DNA of 56,440 nt from NCBI RefSeq assembly GCF_001194135.2, contig NC_069005.1:20198460-20254899 (forward strand), given 5' to 3'. How positions within the stretch are numbered: the stretch's first letter is position 1; each line of letters opens with the position of its first letter. Positions 1-12,800 of the stretch are shown in pieces. The position numbers and the translations under genes are program-made. This DNA comes from Octopus bimaculoides. Taxonomy: Eukaryota. The notes beneath the pieces are model-generated. The model saw only the letters and a program-made list of their open reading frames with translations. It was not told the DNA's origin and did not search any database.

Positions 1-206
1 ATATATATGAATATTCATGACAAACACAAGTTTACATGTGTATGTATATAAAAAAATTCTAGAAATTTAAAATAAAATATAATGTCAAATTGAATTTCTA
101 TGAAACATTTGATATCTGAACTGAATTAAATTGGTCAAGATCTCTGGACATATCTCCCTCCTCCTCCTCTTCTTATTCTACCGTCCACAGAAACCTGTTG
201 ACCAGG

Positions 207-1161
207 TCAAAGAATTGTTTGATAATTAAGAGACATGAAATACCGTCCAAAGATATGTCTAATGTTAGAGGAAGCACCATCGACAGAGTAGATATCTGTG
301 TCCAAGCGCTCGTTTGGCTGTTTCAGGTACTGCGAGCCCCGATAATCAAACAGCCACTCTTCTAGGAACTGCTCTTTGTTCAGCTCACAGATGTTGTGCA
401 GCACACAGCATGCTTCTACGATCAGGGCGGCATTATCAATTTTAAGAATCTGCTTCCTCAGCAGACACTGCCAGCGTCCCTTCAGACGACGGAAACTGGT
501 CTCTATCACAGTGTTGGCATTGTCCAGTCTACTATTGAATGTATTTTGCATGACTGTTAATTTTCTGCCACTACTACTACTACCATTACTGTTGCTGCCA
601 GCCTCAAAAGGCACCATCAGCCAATTCAACAACGGGTACTGTGTGTCCCCGATGAGTACGATTGGCACTTCCTTGTCCCCCATCTGCCGATACTTAGGAA
701 CAAACAATTTACTGTTTCTTCCATGTTCATAAACTTTGGAATTTGAAAACACGTGGATGTTATGCAAACGACCTGGCCATCCTGTGCTGATGCTGGTAAA
801 ACAGAACTCATCGTCGGCAACAGCTTGCAGTACTATCGACGCCCATCCACAACTATTGTAGTAGTCCGTGCTGTTGTCCTGAGGAGTGAGGATTGGTACA
901 TGGGTGGCATTGATCACACCAGCACAGTTCGGGAAGCCCCACCGACTCTCAAAGCTCTCAATCACACTTTCAAGTTGCTTGCCTCTTGGAATGTAAATGT
1001 ATTTTTTACTGAGTACTTTCACAATCGACTGGCACACCGACCTTAGAATCGAATGCGCACTTGATATTGCAATACCAAACATGTTTTCAGCAATCCGATA
1101 ATCACAGCCAGAAGATAGGATATAGACTGTTACAGCGACCCATTTTTCAATAGGAAGATTC
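207..1161 (-). CDS. Harbinger/PIF transposase-derived protein (HARBI1/ALP1-like, DDE_Tnp_4 fold), coding exon 2
   Basis: Translation has family motifs GFPNCAGVINATH, SIVLQAVAD, GWPGRLHN, LIGDTQYPL, VIETSFRRLKGRW and ACCVLHNICE. Acceptor ttttgttttgcag|G lies at 1162/1161; stop ends at 207. Confidence 0.9.
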
Positions 1162-1239
1162 CTGCAAAACAAAACAAAAGGAAAACAATATATTATTGGT
1201 TTTATACAAAGACTTAAAAGCAGAAATTTGGGAAGGCAA

Positions 1240-1400
1240 TGATGGTGATGGTGGAGCAGATGATGATGATGATGGGGTGATGATAGAGCTGATGATGATG
1301 ATGATGATGATGATGAAGTGATGGTGGAGCTGATGATGAAATGGTGGTGGTGGTGACGATGATGATGATGAACTAGATGCCCCTCTTCTGCCACCACCTC
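1240..1400. repeat. Intronic (GAT/GGT)n trinucleotide microsatellite
   Basis: gatgatgat/ggtggtggt runs upstream of the exon-2 acceptor of the HARBI1-like gene. Confidence 0.85.
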
Positions 1401-3555
1401 CACTATTAAGAACCACTCTATTACAATAACATTGTCTCTTTTTTCTCAACTCATAGTTTTAATTGGTTTCCTGATGCTTACTGTATTAAATATAAAATAT
1501 GTTAAACACTAAAATATATTATGGCTGGAATTGAAATGTAGGATGATCAAAGCTGAAACGAACACCTGTTGTTAGATTAAGGCTAGCATGGGGCTAAACG
1601 ACAGAAACCTCTCTATGATAAAAAAAAGTGGTTTCAAATTTTGGCACAAGGCCAGCAATTTGGGGGAAGGGATAAGTCTATTACATCAACCCCAATGTTC
1701 AACTGGTACTTAATTTATCAACCCTGACAGCATTTGAACTTAAAATTTCAAGTAAGAGGAAATGCCACCAAGCATTTTTCCCAGCATGGTAATGATTCTG
1801 CCAGCTTACCACCCACTTCCGCTAAGCTAAAAAAATATTAACATCGGCAAGCCACAGTAATACTAGGAACAGGTGCAGCAATGTGGTTGCGAAGCTTGCT
1901 TCCCAACCATACAATTTCAAGTTCAATCCAGCTGTGCAGTACCTTGGACAAGTGTCTTCCACTATGGTGCCAGGCCATCCAAAAGTCTTCCAATCAAGGG
2001 GAATGCTGGCCTCCTCGCCTTGCCAATGGGGTGGCATCATTTGAAAGAAAAAATGGTGTAAAGCACATTCTGATCAATGATGTATAACAACAATAGTCTG
2101 GTTGATCAAATAGTATATCATTATGATCATCATTTAATGTCTGTTTTCTATGCTGGCATGGATTACACGATTTGACAGGAGCTGGCAAGCAGAACTGCAC
2201 TAGGTTCCAGTCTGATTCGGCCTGGTTTCTACAGCTGATGCCCTCCCTAATGCCAACCACTTTACAGGGTGTGCTGGATGTTTTTACATGATCCTTTTCA
2301 CATGATACCAGCACAGGGTCCTTGTAGGCCAATCACCTTCAGCAGGGTAGCAGCATTAACACTTCTGCTGTGGAGGATGCTGCTTGAGTACAGCAAGGCA
2401 CCAGATATTTCAGACCTTTGTCATCTCCTCCATAAGATTCAGTGTCCTGAGATCATCCTTCAATACTTCATCCTATGTCTTCTTTGGTCTCCCTCTTCCA
2501 GGAGTTCCACCTACTTTGAGGGATCAGTACTTTTTTATGGAGCTGTGGACATCCATCTGCATCACCTGACCAAACCAGTGCACTCTCCTCTTTCGCAGAC
2601 TGCATCTAATTCCTCTTATGCCTAACGTCTCTCTCAACACACTAGCACATGTACAGTTACATTGCACATCCAGTGGAACATACTAGCCTCATTCCTCTCT
2701 AGCCTTAATTGAGTGAATGAAATGTACATCATTTACCCAGAGAATCCAGAAGAATCCAACAGGAACGAATTGTATTCAACCCTGATAATAATTATAAAGA
2801 ATGTTCTTCAATAACGATATACGAATATAAACTTAAACCTGGTATGTGGTGCAGAAACGAATGTCATCTACTATTAAAGCTTGATATTCACGATCCTCAT
2901 CATCATCATTTAACATCTGTCATCCATACTGGCTTGGACAGTTTGACTAGGGCTGGTAAGCTGAAAGGCTGCACCAGGTTCTAGTCTGATTTGGTATGGT
3001 TTCTACAGCTGGATGCTCTTCCTAATGCCAACAACTCTGAGAGTGTAATGGGTGCATTTATGTGCCACCGGCATGGGTGCCAGTTGCATGACACCAGCAA
3101 CTGCCATGACTACAAATTCACTAGGCTTGATGGATCTTCTTTCTCAAGCACAGCATATTGCCAAAGTTCTCAGTCATTTGTCATTGCCTCCGTGAAGTGC
3201 AGCACTCGAAAGGTGTGTTTTACATGCCACCAGCACAGATTGCTAGTTCTGCAGCACCTGCATCAAACATGTTGCCTCTGTGAGGCCCAATGCTCAAAAG
3301 ATGCTTTTTACATGCCCCAGTTTTGTATGTATGTATATATATATATATATATATATATAAATATTCTTTTATTCTCTTACATGTTTCAATAATTTGACTG
3401 TGACCATGCTGGAGCATTGCCTTGAAGGGTTTTAGTAGAACACACCGACCCCGGGACTTATTTTTTTAAGCTTAGTACTTATTTTATCAAACAGCTAATT
3501 TACAGGGACATAAGCACACCAACACCAATCGTTAAACAGTGTTTGGGGGACAGAG

Positions 3556-3591
<36 letters not shown>

Positions 3592-4714
3592 GACAGGCTT
3601 CTCTCAGTTTCCATCTACCAAATCCACTCACAAGGTTTTGGTCAGCCCAACACTATAGAAGACAGTTGCCAAAATGCTACACAGTGGGACTGAACCCAGA
3701 ACCATATATATATCTTCTATCTTTTACTTGTTTCAGTAATTTAACTGCGGCCATGTTGGGGTACCACCTTGAAAGGATTTTTAGTCAAACAAATCATTAC
3801 CAGGACATTTTTTTAAAGCCTGGTATTTATTCTATCAGTCTCTTTTGCCAAACCACTAAGTTACAAAAACGTAAACACACCAACACCCATTGTCAAGCGG
3901 TGGTAGAGGACAGACACAAAATCACAAACACNNNNNNNNNNNNNNNNNNNNNNNNNNNNNNNNNNNNNNNNNNNNNNNNNNNNNNNNNNNNNNNNNNNNN
4001 NNNNNNNNNNNNNNNNNNNNNNNNNNNNNNNNNNNNNNNNNNNNNNNNNNNNNNNNNNNNNNNNNNNNNNNNNNNNNNNNNNNNNNNNNNNNNNNNNNNN
4101 NNNNNNNNNNNNNNNNNNNNNNNNNNNNNNNNNNNNNNNNNNNNNNNNNNNNNNNNNNNNNNNNNNNNNNNNNNNNNNNNNNNNNNNNNNNNNNNNNNNN
4201 NNNNNNNNNNNNNNNNNNNNNNNNNNNNNNNNNNNNNNNNNNNNNNNNNNNNNNNNNNNNNNNNNNNNNNNNNNNNNNNNNNNNNNNNNNNNNNNNNNNN
4301 NNNNNNNNNNNNNNNNNNNNNNNNNNNNNNNNNNNNNNNNNNNNNNNNNNNNNNNNNNNNNNNNNNNNNNNNNNNNNNNNNNNNNNNNNNNNNNNNNNNN
4401 NNNNNNNNNNNNNNNNNNNNNNNNNNNNNAAACTTTTGTCTAGAATCAATTACTAGCCTGATAGACCCCGCTATGTCAAGATGGACTTATATATTCTTCC
4501 TCACATTTGGATTTTATATATGCTCTCTCCCACTTGGATTTAATATGTTGCCACATTTATAATATGTCTTTTTTCTACATTTTCTACATTTTCGTGCAGC
4601 TAAAGATTGCTCTTCATATTGCATTTAAGGTAATGCTCACATTACTTAAATAAATTGAAGTAGCATGAAACGTGCGTACTGCAATCACTTTTGAAATCCG
4701 TGTTGCTTATTATT

Positions 4715-4750
<36 letters not shown>

Positions 4751-5073
4751 TATCCTTTAGTCAAAGTGCGTTCGAAAGTTCATGATCGTAAAACTGAGTA
4801 TATCTCAATAAAAAACTTGAATGAGGAATGAGGTACCGAGTAGGGACACCTCACCCCATTAGTATTTATGGATCTGCCTTAAATAAGTTGGCACGTCATG
4901 CAATGTTAACTATTCCATAGTTTTATACACTTGCGTGTATGTGTGTATGGTGGGATTTGGTGTTTATTAAAAATATCTTTAAAATATTGGGTAATAAAAA
5001 CAAAGCACTTGACATGAGTTTATATTGAAAACACAACTGTGTCCATCCTTTTCAAGCTCCATACCTTTTATAG

Positions 5074-5290
5074 CAGTGGTTCTCAACCATTTTTTGCCTA
5101 TGGACTCCTTTAATTCCTATTTCACTTCGGGAAACCCTCATAAACAGTGTTTTAAACATTCCATTATATTTTTATAATTAAATATTATTAGGAATTGTAT
5201 TAAAAAATTTTGTGTATTGCAGAAGCAAAAGCAATTTATTGCAAATAAACTTTAACAAAATCTTATATGTACTCAGTTTGAGAACCACTG
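5074..5290. mobile_element. hAT (Charlie-like) MITE
   Basis: TIRs CAGTGGTTCTCAA / TTGAGAACCACTG; imperfect 8-bp TSD ttttatag / cattatag. Confidence 0.75.
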
Positions 5291-5724
5291 CATTATAGTT
5301 TCAAACTAAGCAGAAAAGAGGAGTAATTAAAGGAGTAGAGGGGAAATCAGTAATTGAAAGATAGAACATGTTTCCGTTATAAAAACAAACAAAATCGTTA
5401 AGGCGTCGGAAAAGAATCACATGCAGCATTCCTTCCGTTTTTTTTCACATTCTGAATTCCAATTCCGCCGAGGTCGACTTCGCCTCTCATCCTTCCGAGG
5501 TCGATAAAATAAAGCACCAGTCAAGTACAGAAGCCGGTATAATCGACTAGGCCCCTTCACCCAAAACTGCTGGCCAGGTGCCAAAATTAGAAACAACACA
5601 CACTCATACATGAAATATACAAGGTGAATGTGACTTCGAATTTTCACCAGAGAGAGAAAGATGTATATATATATATATATATATATCATTATTATTAAGG
5701 TTGATTGTTATGTCGCAATGTGTG

Positions 5725-5758
<34 letters not shown>

Positions 5759-6802
5759 NNNNNNNNNNNNNNNNNNNNNNNNNNNNNNNNNNNNNNNNNN
5801 NNNNNNNNNNNNNNNNNNNNNNNNNNNNNNNNNNNNNNNNNNNNNNNNNNNNNNNNNNNNNNNNNNNNNNNNNNNNNNNNNNNNNNNNNNNNNNNNNNNN
5901 NNNNNNNNNNNNNNNNNNNNNNNNNNNNNNNNNNNNNNNNNNNNNNNNNNNNNNNNNNNNNNNNNNNNNNNNNNNNNNNNNNNNNNNNNNNNNNNNNNNN
6001 NNNNNNNNNNNNNNNNNNNNNNNNNNNNNNNNNNNNNNNNNNNNNNNNNNNNNNNNNNNNNNNNNNNNNNNNNNNNNNNNNNNNNNNNNNNNNNNNNNNN
6101 NNNNNNNNNNNNNNNNNTATTTTGGGGAGATGAAACAATCCTTTACATTGCGTTATTATATTTATATTGACTACCTACAGTAAGGAATTTGGTACGTATA
6201 TATATATATATATATCTCCCCAAAATACGCATTCTTCCTTCTACACACACACACACCTATATATATATATATAAGTAGAATCCTGGTTTAAGCGCTTCAT
6301 ATAATTCTTTATAACTTTTTTACTTTATATATGCGTGCGTGTTACTACTCAGAGTTTCGCGAATATCGCTGATAGCGTTAAATTTTTTTTTTCTATCAAC
6401 GATGTTGCAAAAAGTTTAGTAGTAACAAGAGAGCAGGTAATCTCTAATTTACAATAAATATGTACATTCGACTTCTGTAATAAAGTAGTTTTTCGTCCCT
6501 TAATAAGCTCGTGTGTGTGTGTACAAAATGTTAATCAGTGGTTGTCGTCAACGAAGATGACTTTGTCCACAGTGATTTTAACCTGGCGAGGCACATTTCT
6601 CTCTCTCCCTCTCTCTCAGATTATACAGTTGCAAGCCGAAAACGAAAGAAAACGGATAGGAATGGAATGGATCAAGAGAAGAACAGGAACCTAGTTCGTA
6701 GTGGTGCTTACTATCAGTTAAGTACATTCATACATATATGGATGTGTTTACACACACGTGCACAGATAGATACATACGTATTATATATATACACATATGA
6801 AT

Positions 6803-6898
<96 letters not shown>

Positions 6899-7029
6899 GC
6901 ACACACATATATACATGTATAGGTGTATACTGATTGGGTTTTTTTCTTTTTTTTTGTCACTTAAGTTTAATTTTGATTTCGATATTTGGTCTTCGTTTAG
7001 AATGTTTTACATAATAACCAAAACTCTAC

Positions 7030-7388
7030 CTGGGCATATCTGGAATGGAATATTCTATATCAGATCTGATACAGTTACACAGATATTCAAAAGTTTGTTT
7101 GGACATTCTGAAATTCTCAATCCAATCCTGAGAAGAGAATGTGTTCTGTACAATATGGTCCCACCAGTAGGAGTAACGATTCTTAGTCCAAACCACTCTG
7201 TTGGTGGACGGTTCCAACAAGAGTGTAGGTAATATATTAAATACGAAATACATCCTTTGGCTTGATTGGAATCTAGAAAAGGCTCGGATTCGTCTGAAGT
7301 GCCGTTTTTTCATGTGGTAGCATCTTTTATCGGCTTCTAATCGTCTTTTTCTGATCATTGCGAATACAAATGCGAGTAGTTCAGCCAT
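7030..7388 (-). CDS. HARBI1/ALP1-like protein, coding exon 1
   Basis: ORF from ATG 7388 contains the Harbinger N-terminal motif WIENFRMSKQTFEYLC. Donor AG|gtagag at 7030/7029 is phase 2 and joins exon 2 in frame (…DMP-R-NLPIEKW…). Total 1314 nt = 437 aa + stop. Confidence 0.85.
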
Positions 7389-7491
7389 TTTGAGATGATT
7401 TGATGATTAAAGAAATAAAAAAAAAACAAAATAAATAAACAAATTATCAAAGAAAAGCGGATGTAAACAAGTGAGAAGCTAAGCCTTGCCA

Positions 7492-7499
7492 CCGGAAGT
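7492..7499 (+). promoter_or_regulatory. ETS/GABP-type site CCGGAAGT about 100 bp upstream of the HARBI1-like start codon
   Basis: Exact CCGGAAGT in a locally CpG-enriched segment; function is inferred. Confidence 0.4.
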
Positions 7500-9354
7500 G
7501 GATAACTCAATCGGTGATTTCCTTTCATAAACGTCGGCTGCATTCATTTCATTATTACCGTAATCCCTCAGTTTATCACAGTTTTTCCTTACCTATTTTC
7601 CCCCCAGACTCCATTGTAGCTTTCCACCGCTGAAATATCCTTAAAGAAATATCCACAGTAGGGCATTAGAATAGCGCTATACTATAGCAAACACTCTTGG
7701 CTAGGCTGAGTATAGGTCTATTATGTTTGCTGTGGAAAAACATTCTCGCAATTCCATGTCTCACTAGGAAAAAAGTTTAAAAAATTGGATCCTACGCCCC
7801 ACGTTGGTAATCATTGGTTTAGCGAAACACGATATAATTAGCTTTTCACCTGTTCAAAGCATTTTCATAAGCTTGTCCTAAACGTCATAAATTAGTGTAA
7901 TAAAATATTTCGTTGCTATCTTTACAAGTTGGAGATGATTAGTTTCGATTGAAGATTTCTATAAGACTTTTGTAATTAAAGAGTTATCTGCTTGGCTTTT
8001 ATTTATACCATTAAATATTTGGAAGTTAATTTTGTTTAGTGTGATCATAGAATGTATCCCATTCAATGCAAACGAGTATCATAGGTGATCTACAGAGTAC
8101 ATTATAAATAATTTTTAATACGACTGATGCCTGTTTCTAAATTAAATTTATCTCCATCCTGTGTGTCACATATATGCATTATCTCTTGTTTCATACGTTC
8201 TGAGTAATATAAAGCTTTTCATTCGTGAATATCATTGATACCCTGATCGTTCAAAGTGTTAGGTATGTATATCGTATATGGTGCATGGACGCCAGGGAAA
8301 CAAGTCGTGCGTATCACATGTTATACGTCAGGTCGGGCAAATAGTTGAACAGACCAAATAATTATTTCTAACCTTTGTACAAGGATAAGAATTTGAATAG
8401 GGTGGAGGGATGGGTAAGTTGATTAAATGGAGGTCAGATTTTGTATTGCACTTTATTTTATTAACACCAGTAGGATGAAACGTAATGCTTACTTCGACGC
8501 AATTTGAACTCAGACCTTATAGAGCCAGAATAAATTGCTTCAAATTTTGGTACAAGACCAACAGTTTTACAGAGAAGTAGATAATCGATTACATCGAATC
8601 CAGTACATGGGTGGTACTTTATTTTATCGACCAGAGTGAAATGAAAAGTAATGTTAACCATGGCGGAATTTGAACTCAGAAATTATAGACTCAGAATAAA
8701 TACCACAGGGAATTTTGTCCGGTGCTCTAGCGATTCTGCTAATTCACTGCCCTTACCGGGGAGGCATCTAATAAAAATACAGTAGTTTTTATTAACCTTA
8801 CTATAAATAAAGAACTGTACTATCGGTCATGGCAAAATACACTTCAAATATAGTTTCGCAAAAGAAAATTAAAATTATATCTCTGTTATAATTTTAATAA
8901 ATTTCTTTTTCTTTTCTTTTGTTTTATAATGTGTGGTGTATATTGTAAAGTTTTTTATTTACATTAAAAAACAATAAAACATTGCCCCTAGGTTGTCTTC
9001 GGCTTAATTAATTTTCCGTGTTGAGAGAAAAACATCCCTTCTAATAGTCAATTGAATTAAGGGTTTGCTGTTCTGAATTTGGGTTATGTAATTATTTGTT
9101 ATTTAACTTTAGATTAGATGGGTTGATAGAATATATTACCAGTCAAGTAGTGAAATTTTATTCAAAATACAACATATCCTCACCAACAACCTGTCGCTTT
9201 CTTGGAAAAAACATCGTATTTAAAAGAAAATATTATGCATTAATCTAGATAATACATTTTGAAAACGTTTATCAATTCGTTTTGCAAGATTCCTGATGCG
9301 AAATCGTGTTAAAACAGATATTGTTGTGTTTCGGGATTTTTATTCTATTCTTTT

Positions 9355-9740
9355 ATTTGTTTCAGTCATTTGACTGCGGCCATGCTGGAGCACCGCCTTT
9401 AGTCAAACAAATCAACCCCAGGACTTATTCTTTGTAAGCCTAGTATTTATTCTATCGATCTCTTTTGCCGAAGCACTAGCTTACGGGGACGTAAACACAT
9501 CGGCATCGGTTGTCAAGCGATGATGGGGAACAGGCACAAATACACAAACATACACACACTCACATATTATATATACGACGGGCTTCTTTCAGTTTCCGTC
9601 TACCATATCCACCCACAAGGCTTTGGTTGACCCGAGGCTATAGTAGAAGACACTTGCCCAAGGTGCCACGCAGTGGGACTGAACCCGAAACCATGTGGTT
9701 GATAAGCAAGCTACTTACCACACAGCCACTCCTGCGCCAC
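9355..9740 (-). mobile_element. tRNA-derived octopus-type SINE
   Basis: Minus-strand head ggcgcaggagtggctgtgtggtaag…gttcagtcccactgcgtggcacc. The same family recurs many times in the window (e.g. about 3390-3720, 26935-27260, 34845-35210, 39125-39420, 43270-43500, 45300-45610, 47470-47830). Confidence 0.75.
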
Positions 9741-10437
9741 ATTTTATTATTTACTTATTTATTTTGCCAAATAAACACACGCACTATATTTTTTTCTTCA
9801 TTCGTTTATTACTTTTGTTTTATTATTTTAACGCTTGTCTATTGTCCTGAAATCTTTCGTCGCACAAAGTGTCGCTGAAGCGGTCACAGATGCGTGACAA
9901 AAGATTTCCGGACAATGAACAGGCGTTAAAATAATAAAACAACAGTAATAAACAAGTGGAAAAATATATTTATATATTTATATATATATAGTGCNNNNNN
10001 NNNNNNNNNNNNNNNNNNNNNNNNNNNNNNNNNNNNNNNNNNNNNNNNNNNNNNNNNNNNNNNNNNNNNNNNNNNNNNNNNNNNNNNNNNNNNNNNNNNN
10101 NNNNNNNNNNNNNNNNNNNNNNNNNNNNNNNNNNNNNNNNNNNNNNNNNNNNNNNNNNNNNNNNNNNNNNNNNNNNNNNNNNNNNNNNNNNNNNNNNNNN
10201 NNNNNNNNNNNNNNNNNNNNNNNNNNNNNNNNNNNNNNNNNNNNNNNNNNNNNNNNNNNNNNNNNNNNNNNNNNNNNNNNNNNNNNNNNNNNNNNNNNNN
10301 NNNNNNNNNNNNNNNNNNNNNNNNNNNNNNNNNNNNNNNNNNNNNNNNNNNNNNNNNNNNNNNNNNNNNNNNNNNNNNNNNNNNNNNNNNNNNNNNNNNN
10401 NNNNNTATTCGTTTCAGCCATGCAGCTGCAGTCATAT

Positions 10438-10479
<42 letters not shown>

Positions 10480-10784
10480 TATGCACATATATATGCACAT
10501 ATATATATATATATAATATAGGATAAAATCTTTATGAGAATTTATCAAGTAGTCAGTGTGAAAAAAACCTCATAATGAAAAAAAATTCATCATTTTTTTC
10601 CATAAATATATATAATTTATATAAAGGGCATTAACTGTGTAGTAATGCCTCACGCTTCGAGGGACTAAATAAGTCAAAAACTACCAATATATATATACTA
10701 TAATAATACTCTTGTGTTTTTCTCCGTCACAACATATGAATGAGAACGGAAGGAGTGATGGCAAACTGGTAGTTTCTTTGGGAT

Positions 10785-10890
10785 AATGTGGAAGTAGTGG
10801 AATTGACAAGTAATCTAAGACTTCTTACAGAAGGTCATTCTGATGAAGGAGAGTTTGCTAATTACTTTCTTGGTGTAGGAAACACTGGTG
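10785..10890 (+). mobile_element. Helitron/PIF1-like helicase fragment
   Basis: VEVVELTSNLRLLTEGHSDEGEFANYFLGVGN resembles the PIF1/Helitron helicase segment L..NMR…F…LL.IG. Confidence 0.5.
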
Positions 10891-11169
10891 GCAACACTGA
10901 CATAATAACACATTATAATATAGTCAGTATGAGAGAAAAGGGAGTCACTGTTTTTGCTCATAACAACAAGAGAATGGAATTCACAAGGTGCTTGTAATAA
11001 GTCATAACTTTTATTATTGGAAGTATCAGGAAATTATCCATAACAGTCCCTGACCGGAAAGTCCCCTGGAATTGTCTTGCCAGTTTGTCTTCATTGATGC
11101 CTAGAGTCTCCCTGAAAATGTCCTCACAATTCCCTGCTACTAATCATCTGTAAATATCTAAAGTGTAAC

Positions 11170-11340
11170 ATCCACCAATCCTATTGCCCAGCTTGTAGAG
11201 GACTGAGTGCCTGACTGTCTCCGCTTCGGAGGTGTCTGACACCATAATGGTGATGTCATCTGCATATGCAGACGCTGCCTTCATCGACTTTTGTAAGTTT
11301 CACTTGAAAAGGAAAGTGAGGATGGAGAGGGAGGTGCTGT
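11170..11340 (-). mobile_element. Non-LTR reverse transcriptase fragment (L1/Tx1-like)
   Basis: Minus-strand translation contains SAYADDITIMVSDT (YADD motif). Confidence 0.5.
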
Positions 11341-11859
11341 CCTCGAGTGAATTTATGAAAAGGTGGGTGAAAATGGCAAGAGTGACCTGTGAGTCGGAAG
11401 AAAGAAGTTGAAGAGGGCTCTTGGATGGTGGGATTCCTTGATTATCTCTAGAGGTCCTCCTGAATCAGGGGGATCCCATCACAATCACTTTTTAAAAATT
11501 TTCTAGTGTCATATACGATGTATACTTTCCTTATCTAATGTATACGATGTATACTTTTTATTTTATCTTGAACCAGTAACCCCACTCAGTAGCACTGCCA
11601 GGCCAAAAGCATCAGGAAATTATCCATAACAGTCCCTGACCGGAAAGTCCTCTGGAATTATCTTGTGGTGGGATGGTGTAGCAAAATATGTCATTGAGGT
11701 AGCAGATGAAATAGGCATGTGGACAACATCAAAGTAAAACAAGTTATTTTACTAAATTCTTTGTTATATTTAAAATTAATTGAAAGAAACACAGAGCATC
11801 TCAACAGAAATATGGTAATGAAAGGGTTAATTGCCATCTCTTTTCTGGTTTTTCTATCC

Positions 11860-12800
11860 ATTTCCTCAAGCTCATTTTTGTCCATGTGATGACTGTATCA
11901 CATTAAGGAAACAACTCGTGTGTTCATTGCTCTGATCTTGTTCTTTCCATTGAGTCTACTTCTCATAATTAATTAGATTCTTCTGAGATATTCTCACCTA
12001 AAGATTTCCTTCATCTCACTCTCCTTGATTTTGTCACACTCCAAAATACCCAGATACTCATATCTATCAGTCTCAGCATCCTTGATTTTCTCATTATTGG
12101 GTAGTTCTAAACCATCAGACGATACTACTTTACCTTTTTTTTTATTATAAGCATATCACACTTTTTAGTCCCAAATTCCATCCCAATATCCTTCCTGAAT
12201 ATCTGCACTATTGAGACCAGACCATTTATTTCATGTTCAGTCTTCCCAAAGGTCTTAAAGTCATTCATATATAACAGATGATTTAATTTTTCTCCACTTT
12301 TCAAGGTGTACCCCAATGTCGCTTTCCACAATATCAGCCCGAGGAGTATCATACAAATCCCAAACAGAATTGGTGATAGGCTATCTCTCTGAAAAATGCT
12401 CCTCTCGATGTTAACCCTCGCCAAAAATTGTCCACATGATGTTAACTCCATATTCCAGTTCTTCATTGATCTAATAAAATTTAAAATGTCATCACTCAAA
12501 CTTAAACTCAAAACTTTTTAAAACCAGGAATGGGGAACCATATCATACACTTTCTTATTATGGATCCACGCCATACCCAGGTTAGTATGTATTTCCTTGC
12601 AGTCGTTTAGTACCATTCTGTCTATCACAAGTTGATCTTTTGTCCCTTGGCTTTTCTTCCTGCATCCCTTCTGTTCCACTGGCAATTTGTCATTCATTTC
12701 CAGGAACCTATACACAGAAGTGGATATCATCAACTTCCACGGTAAATATGGTGAATGTTGCCTCTGATAGGACCCTATGGGGAAAGAAGGTGCTTGAGAA
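11860..12800 (-). mobile_element. Degenerate R4/Dong-like non-LTR retrotransposon RT region
   Basis: Fragments [47 protein letters not shown] and LNHLLYMNDFK with frameshifts. Confidence 0.7.

Noticed and set aside
1162-1403. Poly-His/poly-Ser N-terminus of the 398-aa ORF
   Set aside because: It is an intronic (GAT)n microsatellite read through in frame; the true N-terminus is the exon at 7388-7030.
6118-6226. 14-bp inverted repeat tattttggggagat / atctccccaaaata
   Set aside because: Short, abuts a gap and an (AT)n tract; cannot be distinguished from a small TE end or an assembly effect.
7355-7543. Out-of-frame upstream ORF overlapping the HARBI1-like start
   Set aside because: Its ATG lies upstream of the ETS site and so probably outside the transcript; no support without TSS data.
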